Assembly: GCA_013416795.1 (NCBI GenBank) | Contig: RQSC01000032.1 | Span: 124,001 to 188,000, forward strand | DNA: 64,000 nucleotides | Source of the DNA: Prasinococcaceae sp. CCMP 1430 | Lineage: Eukaryota > Plantae > Prasinodermophyta | Direction of reading: 5' to 3' | Part shown: positions 1 through 12,170 of the stretch, one piece after another | Numbering within the stretch: position 1 is the stretch's first letter | Layout of the letters: every line of letters begins with the position of its first letter | The notes under the pieces: generated by a model | Database searches by the model: none | What the model was told of the DNA's origin: nothing | What the model saw: the letters and a program-made list of their open reading frames with translations, nothing else | Position numbers and translations under genes: made by a program

Positions 1-780
1 CAATCATCGCCCTCAGGACGACCGCGTGCGCTGCTCCTCGACGACAAGGGCCTCATCTCGTCCGAGTCTGGCGACGGGACTGGTCAGCTGACGCTGGCAC
101 CTGACAAAGCACAGGTTACGATAGCAGATTGCGTGGATCTCGTGAGTGCCCGAGCGGAGCCTGACGTGACCATGCGCGCCGACGCAGACGGCGCGAGGAC
201 GCCACACATGCGGACGCGAGCGACCCTGTGGGACGCTTGCCAGCCACTGTCTGCGCAAGACAATGCATCGGCGAGAGGGGCGCAGGATCGCGCCCAGGAA
301 GGCTCGGTCGCCAGCTTCAGCTGGCCATCACGCTCGCCGTCCCGTCCCAGCGGAATCGGCTCGACTGCATCTGGTGCACCTTCCCCTCACGCCACCGCCG
401 GTACCCTCGACCTCGAGGATCTGATGGCCTTCTCGCCCCGCGGGGAGGACGACTCGACAGAGGTCAGCTCCGCGGTGCCTGGCCAGGACCTCTTCGGAGC
501 AGATCCGTTTGGAGTGGGTGCAAGCATACCTGGTCCTGGCGCACGCGCGGTGCAAGACTCAGACTCTGACGACGATCCGTTCACTTTCGGCGCGAAGAAG
601 AGCAAGTTCCGCGTGCACATCCGTGGCAAGGACGAGGCGATCGCACCAGCGGCCGCCGTGCCAAAGTTGGATATCAGACTTGGCGGCGGGGAGGTGGTGG
701 GGACCGGCGAACCCTCCGGGAAGCAGTTCGCGTTCCGCATGTCCTCCAAGCAGCGCGGCTCGGACTCCGACTCCGACTGA
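1..780 (+). CDS. 3' end of an unknown protein (5' truncated by window edge); acidic/Ser-rich tail with DPF-like motifs
   Basis: Frame 1 is open from base 1 to TGA at 778-780 with GC3-rich codons; contains DLFGADPF and DDPFTF; no family recognised. Confidence 0.55.
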   Translation, partial: QSSPSGRPRALLLDDKGLISSESGDGTGQLTLAPDKAQVTIADCVDLVSARAEPDVTMRADADGARTPHMRTRATLWDACQPLSAQDNASARGAQDRAQEGSVASFSWPSRSPSRPSGIGSTASGAPSPHATAGTLDLEDLMAFSPRGEDDSTEVSSAVPGQDLFGADPFGVGASIPGPGARAVQDSDSDDDPFTFGAKKSKFRVHIRGKDEAIAPAAAVPKLDIRLGGGEVVGTGEPSGKQFAFRMSSKQRGSDSDSD

Positions 781-965
781 AGAGCCCTGCGCGTGACAGA
801 TACGGCCTGAGCCCTGGCCCACCGGTGGCGCGCCCGCGCCGGCACGAGCGCCGTCTCAGCACGCGTCACCCTCAGCCCCCGCCCCCTTTCCTCCTCTCCT
901 TCCCATCATCTACCACCCACAAGCGCTCCGCGCCGCCGCCTTGCCTCCCCCGTGGCCGCCGCAGA

Positions 966-1012
<47 letters not shown>

Positions 1013-1167
1013 CCCGCAGCCCCGAGCTCCGCCCCTGCAGAAGGCGGGGCCGGGGCCAGGCGCGGCGGCAGTAACGGCTCTTGGCGGCGTGCTGAAGGGG
1101 CACCTACGTACTCCGCGCGCGGTGCGCGCGCGCACGCGCCGCGAAGGGGCAGCGCGCCGGCAATGCA

Positions 1168-1188
1168 TCTCTAGAAGGTTCCAGAGAA
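1168..1188 (+). promoter_or_regulatory. Heat shock element (HSE)
   Basis: CTC-ta-GAA-gg-TTC-ca-GAG (1169-1186): four alternating nGAAn/nTTCn units with 2 mismatches, about 140 bp upstream of the HSP101-like ATG at 1326. Confidence 0.7.
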
Positions 1189-1325
1189 CCCCGGCGCTTT
1201 TTCCCGCGGCGCAGGCGCGCGTGCGGGCAGCGGCGGCGGCGCCACAGGGCGCGCGGTGGACGCCCCCGCAAGCCGCTCACCCCCGTGCCTCTTCCCCCAT
1301 CCCCCCCCCCCAAAAGGGGGGCGCC

Positions 1326-1923
1326 ATGGCGCCGGCCCCGATGCAGTTCACTGAGGTGGCGCAAAAGGCGCTGGAGAACGCGCGGGCGGCGGCGCAGCGC
1401 GCGGGCCACGCGCAGAGGAGGGGGGGGGGGGAAGGAGGCCAGACCGCGCCGCCACGGCGCGCGCGCGCGGTGTGCGCGGGGCATCGCGCCATCAAAACGC
1501 ATGCGCGCGCGACCGCACGAGCAACAAACAACACACACGGGGCGCCAATGAAAAAAAGGGGGGAAAAAGATAAAAAAAGGCATTTGACCTGCACGTATCG
1601 TACTTTGAAAAACGGGCCTAAAAGTTATTTTTCCCCAAAAAAATAAAAAAAAGGCTCGGAACCCTTCGTACGCCAGGCGGACACTGCTGTATTTTTTGTT
1701 TTTTTTTTTGTACCTGGGTACTGTAGTCACTACTGTACAGAGGTCTCCAAAAAAATCGTACGCCTCGCCAGGCGGATGTACGCCCGCCCAAAAATCGTTC
1801 CAGCGCGCGCCGCTTGGCCAGGGCGCCCAGTTTTACCCGCGCTACTCATAGAGACTTTCCGCACCCCCGCCGGTGCAGCGAGGCGCCGTCATGCGGGGCG
1901 AAATGCCCCCGCGCGCGCGCCTC

Positions 1924-1979
<56 letters not shown>

Positions 1980-2553
1980 AATCGCGGAGCGGAGCGCGCG
2001 GCACCCAAAAAAAGTGGAGAAGCCGGGTATCGATCCCGGTGCCTCGTCAATGCTAATGACGCGCTCTGCCATTTGAGCTACTCCCCCAGAAATTTCGATT
2101 TTCGCAAAATCTGGCGTTTACAAATGTGACTGCTGTGGCAGGCGCACGCGCGCGCCGCCAGCCTGCCCGCCTGCGCGCAGCGCCCGCCGCCGCCCGACGA
2201 CCCGGACTTCAGCGTGCAGTCGCGCGCCGCGCTGCGGCGGGCGCGAGAGGCATCGCGCGGCGCCTTCGTGCCCGTCGACGCGCTGCTGGATGCGTTCGCC
2301 ACCGAGTGCGCCGACGAGTTCCGCCGCGCCGGCGACGACGCGGCAGGCAAGCTGCGCAAGGCGATGGACGACGCAGGCGCGGGCGCTGAGGCCAACAGCG
2401 CGACCGCAGATCAGAGCCTCCAGGCGCTCCTGCAGTACGGGACCGACCTCACGGCCGCCGCCAGCCGTCTAGACCCAGTGATTGGGAGGGACGACGAGAT
2501 CAAGCGCACAATCAGGGTCTTGGCGAGGAAGAAGAAGAACAACGCGGTGCTCG

Positions 2554-2586
<33 letters not shown>

Positions 2587-4784
2587 CAGAGGGCCTCGCG
2601 CAGCGGATTGCCGCGGGAGACGTGCCGCAGTCTTTGAAGGGCACACGGCTGGTTGCACTGGACTTGGCCAGTCTCGTCGCGGGTGCCAAGTACCGCGGCG
2701 AGTTCGAGGAGCGCCTCAAGGCAGTCCTCGACGAGGTGAAGGGCGCCGAGGGGCGCGTCATCCTATTCATCGACGAAATCCACTCGGTCGTCGGCGCCGG
2801 CGGCAGCGAGGGCTCCATGGACGCCGCGCAAATCCTCAAGCCTGCGCTCGCGCGCGGCGAGCTCCGCTGCATAGGCGCGACCACCCTGGGCGAGCACAAG
2901 AAATACATCCAGGGCGACGCGGCGCTCGAGCGCCGCTTCCAGCCCGTCTACGTGGCCGAACCCTCGGTGGACGACACCATCGCCATCTTGCGTGGCCTGC
3001 GCGACCGCTACGAGGCGCACCACGGCGTTCGCATCCAGGACGCTGCGCTCATCGCCGCCGCGCAGCTCAGCAAGCGGTACGTGCAGGGACGATTCCTGCC
3101 CGACAAGGCCGTCGACCTCGTCGACGAAGCGTGTGCGGACGTACGCGTCGTTTTGGACAGCCAGCCTGAGGAGGTGGAGCGCATCCAGCGTGCGGTGATG
3201 CGCTTGTCCATCGAGCGCGAGGCGCTCAAGAAGGACGAGGAAGCCGGCCGTGGAGTCGCCGGCACGGGGCTGTTCGCCGGCAAGGAGGCCAAGGCCGCGG
3301 CCGCCTCCGCCAAGGAGCGCGCCAAGGAGGTCGAGGACGCCCTCGCGCAGCTCAACGAGAAGCTTGTGCCTCTCAAGGCGCAGATCGATGGCGAGAAGGC
3401 CGCGCTCGAGCGCATCAACGTGCTCACGCAGAAGCGCGAGGACCTCAAGGTGCGCATCGCCGAGGCCGAGGCGCGCTATGACCTGCCGACCGCCGCCGAC
3501 CTCAAGTATGGCGCGCTCGTGGAGACCGAGGAGGCGCTGGCCAAGGCGGTGCAGGAGCAGGAGCAGACGAGCAAGGACGGCCGCCTGCTCACCGAGGTCG
3601 TGGACAAGGCGCGGATCGCCACCATCGTGAGCCGCTGGACGGGCGTGCCTGTGAGCAAGCTGAGCGAGGGCGAGTCGGACAAGCTCCTCCGCCTCGAAGA
3701 GCGACTGAACCGCCGCGTCGTGGGCCAGAAGGTAGCGGTCAAGGCCGTCGCCGACGCCGTGCTGCGCTCGCGCGCGGGCATGAGCGCGATGGGAAGGCCC
3801 GCGAGTTTCCTATTCCTAGGGCCGACGGGCACGGGCAAGACCGAGCTCTCGAAGGCTCTCGCGCGCGAGCTGTTCGACGACGAGTCGCAGGGACTCGTTC
3901 GTTTCGACATGTCGGAGTACATGGAGAAGCACGCGGTGTCTCGTCTCATCGGCGCGCCCCCAGGCTACGTGGGCCACGACGAGGGCGGGCAGCTCACCGA
4001 GGCGGTGCGAACGCGCCCATACCGTGTCCTCCTCTTCGATGAAGTGGAGAAGGCGCACAGGGACGTGCTCAACACGCTCCTCCAGATGCTGGACGACGGG
4101 AGGCTCACTGATTCTAAGGGACGGACGGTGGACTTCTCACAGACGACCGTGATCATGACCAGCAATATCGGTGCGCAGCATCTCCTAGATGCGGCGATGG
4201 CGTCGTCGCCGACGCTGCTCGACGAGGAGGCCGAGGCCAGGGGCGCTAGCGGGGACGCGGCGGCCATGCCCGCGGCAGTCGACCCTGCCTATGAGCGCGC
4301 GTCGCAGCTGGCGCTCGCCGAGCTGCGCGCAGAGTTCCGGCCCGAGCTACTCAATAGGCTCGACGACATCGTGGTGTTCCGGCCGCTGGGCTCTGCGCAG
4401 CTGCGCAGCGTGGCGCGCACGGCCGCCGCGGAGATAGCAAAGCGCCTCGCCCACAGCAGGCACGCCGCCAAACTCGTGATGACGGACGCTGCGCTCGACC
4501 AGGCCGTGAGGGAGAGCTATCAGCCCGCGTACGGCGCGCGCCCTCTGCGTCGCTGGATGGACCAAAAGCTCGGCACACTCGTCTCGCGAGCCGTGCTGAG
4601 CAACCAGATCCAACCTGGATGTGTCGTGACCGTCGACGTGGATGGCGCTGCGCTCGCGCTGCGCGTGACCGACGGTGACGGCGGAGAGGTTCGCGTCGCC
4701 AAGAAAGCGCGCACCGTGGACGTTGGCGATGGCGATGAGGACTTCGAGTCTGACGAGGAGGGCGTGGATCTCATGGCGGAGTGA
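1326..4784 (+). CDS. HSP101: Cytosolic ClpB/HSP101 AAA+ disaggregase; short 5' exon from 1326, main exon 2142-4784
   Basis: [78 protein letters not shown]...AGHAQ at 1326 resembles the HSP101 N-terminus. The main frame has a stop at 2127 and a TGAC...CAG acceptor at 2141. The donor is uncertain (GT at 1470 is phase-compatible). Confidence 0.93.
2015..2087 (-). tRNA. trnA: tRNA-Ala (anticodon AGC)
   Basis: 73-nt cloverleaf GGGGGAGTAGCTCAAATGG...CGTCA-TTAGCAT-TGACG...GGATCGATACCCGGCTTCTCCA; G3:U70 pair, A73 discriminator, T7 Pol III terminator just downstream (2007-2013). Confidence 0.96.
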
Positions 4785-5385
4785 GGCGAGGGCGCATCGC
4801 AAGGTTGCACCCAGTCAAGCGCGCGCTCATGAGCATCATGTACTGTAATTATGTGTAAACAATGTCTAGTCAGTCCCGAGCGGCGCGGACGCTCAGCCGA
4901 AGCGCGGCGCTCTCACCCGTGCTCGAACGTCTCGCACACGCCAGCGCAGCACGTCGCCTGTGGACGTCGCTGTGGATCCATTCCTTGCTACCGTACAGGC
5001 GCGCCATGAGGTCTCACCCTTCCCGAAAATTCATGCTTTCTTGTGCGACGCCAACTCATCCCGCTTTTCGATAGTCGAATCGATGCATTTTCGAAATCCA
5101 TCAACCGATCGTCATGCGTGACCTCAACACCCGTGCGCACCACGCGTGGGAAGAGGGACCAGCACACCCACGCCACGGCGATGCGATGCGTGCGTCCGCG
5201 GCCACCCCTCCGCCCGCGGAGGAGCACGCACGCTGCCGTCTGGGCTGGGCAACGTCGGGGAGGAAGAGGGCGGGGGGGGTCACAGCGCGCGCGCTGCGCG
5301 CACGGTCGGCGCGCGGCGCCGACGCTCGGTCGTTGCTGTGCCGAGGACGCGCGGCGCCCAACAGGCGACAGGCGCTACAGCACTT

Positions 5386-7231
5386 ATGTTGGCGACGACG
5401 CATGCTGGTGGGAGGCTGCGGCGGGTGGTCCAAGCCGTCCTCGTCTTCGTTGGCGCCACGGGCGCTCGCGGGGTCGACGGGCGCGCACTGGCAGCGACGG
5501 CTGTGACCAGCGGTGATTCTCCCTATAAGGGCGCATGCTGGGAACAGCTGTGGAACTTGAGTGTGGGTACGACGCGCGATCCGCTGCGCCATCTCGATGG
5601 TGCGACCGTGGCGGGCACGCACGCGCACCCGCTCGCCGAGGGGCTCACGTGGTTTCCTGGCGAACACGTCCCCTTGCGCGAGGACTTCCTGCGCGAGCAC
5701 GCCAGCCCAGGGGAGACGCCCGCGGATGTCACCGAGGCTGCCTACCGCGCCATGCAGCAGTACGCCGAGTTTCCGATACCATCCGACCGCGAGCAGGCGC
5801 TATTGGAAATGAAGCGCGTCGCCGATCGCCTGGTGCCTCCCACGGGGGCGAGGAAGCAGGCGATGCTATACGGGGGGCTTCCAAACGACGAGTTCGAGAC
5901 CTGGAACGACGGCCAGGCGGCCATCGCGGAGCGCGGCATGGCCGCCTTCAATGAAAACAGGGCGGAGCGGCACGAAATGCTTAAGCCGCTGCTCGCGCGC
6001 GCGAGCGGCGAGGCGAGTGGGGGGCCGAGGCACACAGTGGGCGTTATCACGGTGAACTCTGGGCACATTGACCAGCTGCTCAACATGTTGTGCTCGGTGC
6101 TTGCCAACGGCATCGACGCGGACGCATTTCTGGCGCGTGTACTGGTGTTTCCGATGGACGAGGACGCGCTCGAAACGCTCCGGCGCGTCGAGGCATCGAC
6201 TGGCATCATCGTGGTGCCCTCTGTTGCGGGGGAGCTTGGCGACTGGTACCACAACCCACAGTACCGGGCAAGTAAATCGGAGGGCGCGGGCGTGTTTGGA
6301 GACGCGAAGTTCCGCGTGGCGCTGCATTGGAAAAATGCGGTGGTTATGGACGTCATCGACCTCGGCTATGAACTCTTTTTTATGGATGCCGACCTGGCGT
6401 TCTTCGAGGCGCCCTGGGCGGCCCTCGCCGACGAGACCGATGGTTGCGACGTCGCCTTCTCATGGGACGGCAAGATATGGAACAACCGGCACAAAGACCC
6501 TCAGAGCGGTCTCCTAACCTACCGAGCTCTGAACAGCGGCCTGTACCTCATGCGTGCGAACGAGCGCACGAAAGCCATGTGGGGTGAGATGCTGTATCGT
6601 CAGAACTTGCACAACTCGCAGCAGGCCGTGCTCAAGGGCGTCGTCATGCGGCACTGGTGGCGACACGACCTAAGGGTGTGCATGCTCAGCGAGCGTTTCG
6701 TGAATGGCCACCGCCTGATGCCCGACAAGCCTCCGAAGATGCCTTCTGACTACGTGTCCATGCACGCCAGCTGGGTGAAGAACTCGACCATAAAGATCGT
6801 CAAGTGGCGTCGGGCCGGTGCTTGGTACTACAACGAGCGGTGCCCCATCTTCGCGGACACGTACGATACGCTCTCAGAGCGGACACGCGCCGATATCGAG
6901 ATGACAGGCACGTGCCTTCAAAATCGTTTTTGGGAGAAGCAGACGGGCAGACCCGCGAAGCAGCTCTACCCGGGCGTCGTCGAGAAGCAATTCATGGTCT
7001 GCGACAAGGGCAAGTGTCGATATGAGCTCCTTGCTGGAAGGACGCACGCGCGTGCGGTTTTTGGTGGTGTGGCCGCCTCGACGCCGCTGACACGCGCGTT
7101 CCCCGGGCACGTCGCGACCCACTCACGTCGATCCTGCACATCGCCACTGCCACCACTGCCACCCTGCGCGCACAGACGCTATCGACTTCTTCAAGGACGT
7201 CTGCATGCCCGACGTTGGCGTCTACCGCTGA
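5386..7231 (+). CDS. Nucleotide-diphospho-sugar transferase (GT77-like), probable type II membrane protein; intron 7052-7175
   Basis: N-terminal hydrophobic segment, [24 protein letters not shown] (DxD), [20 protein letters not shown]; GT-AG intron gives a C-ending-codon last exon. Start codon uncertain. Confidence 0.75.
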
Positions 7232-7313
7232 TGACAGGACGGGGCAGAGGCTGCGTCTAATAACGCACGCACGGCGCGACGAATGGCCAGCTGACGCACA
7301 TAATTAAACGCGG

Positions 7314-8247
7314 TTAAACATGGAAGCCGTTCACGGTAAATCCACCGTCGACGCAGAGCACCTGGCGGCGGGGGGCTTAGTGTGTCAGCGCGTGGATCGC
7401 GGCACGCGCGGGTCCGGAGGACGAGCGAGCGCAAACGATGCACGCGCGCGCGTACCTGCCCGGTGATGTACCCCGCCGCCGGCATGCAGAGGAACGCCAT
7501 GGTCGAAGCGACCTCGTGTGGCTCGCCCACACGGCGCATGGGCGTCGCGGCGAGCACCTTCGCCTCGTAGTCCGCATCCGCGAGAACTTGCTGGGCAAGC
7601 GGTGTCGCGATATACCATGGGCAGACCGAGTTGACGCGGATCCCGTCTTTGGCCCACTCGCATGCCAGGTTGGTGGCGAGCTGGTTGAGAGCGGCCTTGG
7701 TCATAGCGTACACCACCCCGCTCTGCATGGCCGTGACCCCCGCCACGGACGAGTTGAAGATGACGCTGCCGCGGCCGCTCGCACGCAGTAGCGCGTGGCA
7801 GCGTTGCGCAAGCAGGAACGTGCCGTGCAGGTTGACGTCCATCACTTTCGAGTACTCGTCTGCGGTGAAGTCCTCCGCGGGCTTGCGCACGTTCGTGCCG
7901 GCGTTTGCAATGAGGATGTCCAATTTGCCGCCGAACGCGTCCTTCGCAGCCGCGACCACCTTGTCCACGCCCTGGGCGGTCGAGACGTCCGCCGCGACGC
8001 CCGCCACGTCGTGGCCCTCCGCCCGCCAGCGCTCGACGAGCAGCGCAACGTCCGCCTCAGTGCGGGAACACACCACCAGCCGGCAACCGAGCGCGAGCAG
8101 CTCTTCGGCCGTGGCGAGGCCGATGCCCTTGGTCGCCCCCGTCACGAGCGCCGTCCGGTCCGCGAGCGTCCACCGCGCGTGCACTGGCGCGGCCGCTGCG
8201 GCGGGCGCAGGCGCGAAGTCCCACTTGCCGCCAGCCGGCGGCGCCAT
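7314..8247 (-). CDS. Tropinone reductase-like short-chain dehydrogenase/reductase; intron 7362-7455
   Basis: [36 protein letters not shown]; spliced end GYITGQ|[12 protein letters not shown]. Confidence 0.92.
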
Positions 8248-8772
8248 CCGCCCGCCGAGGCGAGCCGCCGTTCCGCGCACGAAGGAGAAGAGGCGCGCCG
8301 CTGACCACTCGCCGCGCGTCAGAGACGAGTGCGCCCGGAGACGAGGCGCCGCCCGCAGCGCGCGTCGGACGGGGTGTGCCGCCGCGCCGCGCGGCGCGCG
8401 ACGGGGGTCTTCACGGTAGGGTCTCAATTGCTTCGCAAACACCATTGAAATGAACGTCGCCAGATTTGGATTGATTTCACCCTACTCTCCAGATCGGATG
8501 ACATTAGATCACACGCAGGCCCAACGCGAACCGTGGCCGGTGTGGCCGAGCTCGAGCCTTGATGAGGCTCAAACGAACGATTGCCGAATTGGCGGGCGCT
8601 GCTGCGAGTGCGCCACACGCTTGCCACACGCGCCCATCCGGGCGTGTCGGGGTGTGGGGCGGCGGGGCGGGCCGGCGCAGGAAGGAGGAGGGGCGGGAGA
8701 GCGCGGGGGCCGCGGGCGGGGCGCGCGCCCCCGCGCGCGCTGTCGCAACCGGGCGAGGCGGAGGTGGCGGCG

Positions 8773-9192
8773 ATGATTGCACTCGTCGTCAGCGCTGGGG
8801 TGAGCGCGGCGACCGCCAACGCGGTCGGCGGCAGGCTGGGCACCGCCGTCGGCCAGCGCAACCTCGAGCTCCGCGTCGCCGCCAGGCTGCGGGATGCACA
8901 GCAGCGCCTGCTGCGAGGCGACGGCGACGCCGAGGAGCTCAAGGTGGAGGTCGCGCGCGCGAAGGTACTGCTCAATGAGCTGCGAGCCGAGGCGGACGCA
9001 GGACGAGGAATCAAGGGACGCGACACTGCCCCTGAACTCACGCCGCTGGGATTCGTGACCAAGTCCGCACTGTCGCTGCTGCGCGATCGGGAAGAACGGA
9101 ACGGCGGCGGCAATGCGACGGTGGGCGTGTCGGCGGCGGCCGCTGCGGTGCTCGTCGCGCTCACGTGGTACCTGTTTGCACTGCTCCAGTGA
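8773..9192 (+). CDS. Small hypothetical membrane protein (true start may be upstream)
   Basis: Coding-like codon usage, coiled-coil-like middle, hydrophobic C-terminal helix; no family recognised. Confidence 0.5.
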   Translation: MIALVVSAGVSAATANAVGGRLGTAVGQRNLELRVAARLRDAQQRLLRGDGDAEELKVEVARAKVLLNELRAEADAGRGIKGRDTAPELTPLGFVTKSALSLLRDREERNGGGNATVGVSAAAAAVLVALTWYLFALLQ

Positions 9193-9203
9193 TACAGAAC
9201 TAG

Positions 9204-11825
9204 CTAATTGTTTGTAACTAGCGCCTCCGCAGGCTCGCTGTCGTCGACCAGCAACCCCTCCAGGTCGACTGCCGCCAGCCAATCCTGGACGTCCGCAGCG
9301 CGAGCCTCGACGCGCCCTTCATTGTCGGCCGGCTCAGAGAAAGGCGAGCGCAGCGTGTCCAGCATGCAAAATACGCGCGCGCGGAGGACGGAGGTGCCCG
9401 CTTCCCTCGAGTGCCGCCCGCGGCCAGTGATCACGACAAATCTGTCGGGGGGTGCGCCGCGTTCGCCGGCGTCCCCAGCGGCGCTGCCGCTCCAGTGTCC
9501 ATCGCGCTCCTCCGCACGGCCAGCGCAAGCGGCGCCCGAGGCCAACATCTGCGGAACCTCGTCGATCAGCCACACAATCACGCGTGCCTGCGCGCCGCCC
9601 GGCGAGAGGCTGTGCAGGTCGAGCAGCGCTTCGCCACCAGCAGCGACGGTGACCGTCCCGAGGCCCGAGTGACCCTGCGCGCGCAGGCGTCGCACCAGGT
9701 GGGCGCACGCCTTGCGCCGGCCCCCGCCCCACAGGGCGTCGAGCAGCGCGCTGTACGTGATCGCGTTCGGAGGCAGCCCGGCGGCACGCATATCACGAGT
9801 AGCAGCCAGCGCGCGCTGCCAGTCTCCGGTCTTGCCCGCGCCGTCGATCAGCGTGTTGAATGTCACCACGTCCGCCTCGATGCCCGCCTCCTTCATGGAG
9901 GCGAAGACCTCGAAAGCCCTGTCGACAGCGCCGTGCGTCTTGCAGGCATCGATGAGAGCGTTGTAGGTGAAGACGTCTGGTGTGATGCTCTCCTCCCGCA
10001 TTCGCGCGAAGAGAGCAAAAGCGCGCTCTACGCTGTCCGCACAGCTGATGAGCGTGTTGATGGTGATGGCGTCAGGCGAAACCCCGTGACGGGTACGGAT
10101 GCGCTCGATGAGCTGATCAACGGCATCCCACTGACGCGCAGCGCCGAGGGCGCGCACGACCGCGTTGAGCACGATCACGTTCACCTCCGCGCCAAGCCCT
10201 TCGAGCTCCTCGAAGAGCTCGAGCGCCTCCTCGTAGCGTCCCGCAGCCGCGGCGGCGTCCATCAGGGCACCGAAGGTCACGGAGTTGGGCGAGACGCCCT
10301 CGGCTCGCATCTCGCCGTACACCTCCCGCGCACGCTCGTACTCGCCACCCTTGCCAAGGGCGGAGATGAGCGCGGAGTACGTGAAGACGTTCGGTCGTAG
10401 GTTGCCCTGACGCATCTGGTCGTAGACGAGGAGCGCCCGCCGCCAATCGTTGCCCTTCTCGCACGCCGAGATCAGCGACGAGTATGTGCGCAAGTCCGGA
10501 AGGACCGTCGCACGCATCTCCGCCCACAGCCCCATCGCCCGCATGTGGTCGCCGGCGTTCTCGCAGGCACCGATGAGCGCATTGAACACCACTCGATTGG
10601 GCGCCACGCCGGCCTTGGCCATCTCCTCCGGCACACGCATGGCGGCGTCCAGCTGGCCACCGCGTGCGTAGGCTGCGACCAGAGCCGAGAAGGTGTGCAC
10701 GTTTGGAGCGACGCCCGCTTCGCGCATGTGCGTGTGCCACCGTATCGCATCCTCCCACGCGCCGTGCTCCTCGCACGCGCTGATGAGAGCGACGTACGTG
10801 CGTGCGTTCGGCCGCACCCTCATTTCTTGGATCAGCTCACCTGCCTCCCACAGCATGCCGCAAGCGCCCAGCGTCTCTATGAGGCTTGTATACGTGACCA
10901 CGTCCGGCTCGAACCCCCACTCATTGTCGATGATATCGTCGCGCACCTGCAGGGCGCACCACACCGCACCGCCGTCCTTCGACGCGCACTTGGCGCACGC
11001 ATTGATGAGCGCATTTGCGCACACGAGGGTCGTCGGAACACCAGCTGCGGGCATCGCACGCTCAAAGACGTCCGCCGCACGCCGCCAGTCGCCCGCCCGT
11101 CCACAGGCCGCAATGAGGGCACTGAAGACATACGCGTTCGGGTTGGCGCACGCGGCGACGGCAGCGAACGCTGCGTCGAGACGCGGTGGGTCAGCCGCCC
11201 CGAGCGCTGCCACAAGCGCCGCCGTAGTCTGAGCATCAGGCGAAATGCCACGGGCAACCATCGTCGAGTGTGCATCCACCGCCGCGTCGGCCCCGTCCTC
11301 GCCGCCCGAAGCGGCGCACGCCGACAGCAGCACGTTGAAGGTGACCAGCGTCGGCTCGGGCGCCCCTGCGATGCCACTGAGCATCTCGCGGTAGAGCTCG
11401 AGTGCAGTGCCGAGGTCGCGATTCGCGCGCGCGGTCGTGAGGCAGCTGTTGAAGTGCGCAGCATTGGCAACGCCCTCGGCGAGGAGCCAGCGCAGCGCGC
11501 CAACCGACACGCTCACAGGCGGGGGCGCGCTCCTCCTCGATGCGCGACCGCCGGTCTCACGCAGCGCTGTGAGCAGCGCTGCCGCGCGCCGCCCATCCCA
11601 GAAATGCTCGCCAGCGACGCCCATCACCTCATCGGGAGTCTCACCGCGCGCGAGGGCCGCAGCAGCGGCGGCGACCTCGGGCTCGAGCGGCTGCTGCGCA
11701 CCTCGCCCGCCACGCCCACCCCGCCTGCCTCTGCCCCTCCCCGCTCCACCACCTCGTGCGCGCCCGCCCGCCCGAGCGGCAACAGGCGCGCGCGACGCGC
11801 GCACGCTCAGAGCGAACGCGGCCAT
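9204..11825 (-). CDS. Pentatricopeptide repeat protein with C-terminal SMR domain, probably plastid-targeted
   Basis: More than 12 35-aa repeats (PDVVTYTSLI, PNVHTFSALV, PNVFTYSALI, PDVFTYNALI); SMR motifs LLDLHSLS and VVITGRGRHS; Arg/Ala-rich transit-like N-terminus. Confidence 0.92.
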   Translation of the reverse strand: MAAFALSVRASRAPVAARAGGRARGGGAGRGRGRRGGRGGRGAQQPLEPEVAAAAAALARGETPDEVMGVAGEHFWDGRRAAALLTALRETGGRASRRSAPPPVSVSVGALRWLLAEGVANAAHFNSCLTTARANRDLGTALELYREMLSGIAGAPEPTLVTFNVLLSACAASGGEDGADAAVDAHSTMVARGISPDAQTTAALVAALGAADPPRLDAAFAAVAACANPNAYVFSALIAACGRAGDWRRAADVFERAMPAAGVPTTLVCANALINACAKCASKDGGAVWCALQVRDDIIDNEWGFEPDVVTYTSLIETLGACGMLWEAGELIQEMRVRPNARTYVALISACEEHGAWEDAIRWHTHMREAGVAPNVHTFSALVAAYARGGQLDAAMRVPEEMAKAGVAPNRVVFNALIGACENAGDHMRAMGLWAEMRATVLPDLRTYSSLISACEKGNDWRRALLVYDQMRQGNLRPNVFTYSALISALGKGGEYERAREVYGEMRAEGVSPNSVTFGALMDAAAAAGRYEEALELFEELEGLGAEVNVIVLNAVVRALGAARQWDAVDQLIERIRTRHGVSPDAITINTLISCADSVERAFALFARMREESITPDVFTYNALIDACKTHGAVDRAFEVFASMKEAGIEADVVTFNTLIDGAGKTGDWQRALAATRDMRAAGLPPNAITYSALLDALWGGGRRKACAHLVRRLRAQGHSGLGTVTVAAGGEALLDLHSLSPGGAQARVIVWLIDEVPQMLASGAACAGRAEERDGHWSGSAAGDAGERGAPPDRFVVITGRGRHSREAGTSVLRARVFCMLDTLRSPFSEPADNEGRVEARAADVQDWLAAVDLEGLLVDDSEPAEALVTNN

Positions 11826-12170
11826 GCCGCACCGCGCGCGGGCGCGCCGCTTCCCCCGGCCGCCCTCCCTTCACCAGGCCCAACGCTCCGCCTCAGCCCG
11901 CCATCGGCCTCCCAGGCCTTCGCGCGAACGCGCCGCCACCCGCTCGCGCTCGCGCGCCACCAGCGCCCTGCGCGCAGAGAGTGGCGCGGCCGCCGCACCG
12001 CACCGCCCCTCGGCCGCACACGGGACCGCCGCAAACCCTCGTTTGGGTTCTTCACGAAAGTATTAGGGGTGAATATTAGGGTCTATATCCCATCCGGAAT
12101 CGCGATCGCTCCTGCTGCCCCAGTGCAGCGTCCTCACGCTCGGTCCTCGTGGGGCGTGCTCGGTGGGCCC

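Noticed and set aside
967-1011. 45-bp poly-C run (and 50-bp poly-A at 1928-1977)
   Set aside because: Homopolymers of unreliable length; the poly-Pro, poly-Gly and poly-Lys ORFs through them are not credible proteins, and no TSD marks the A-tract as a retro-insertion.
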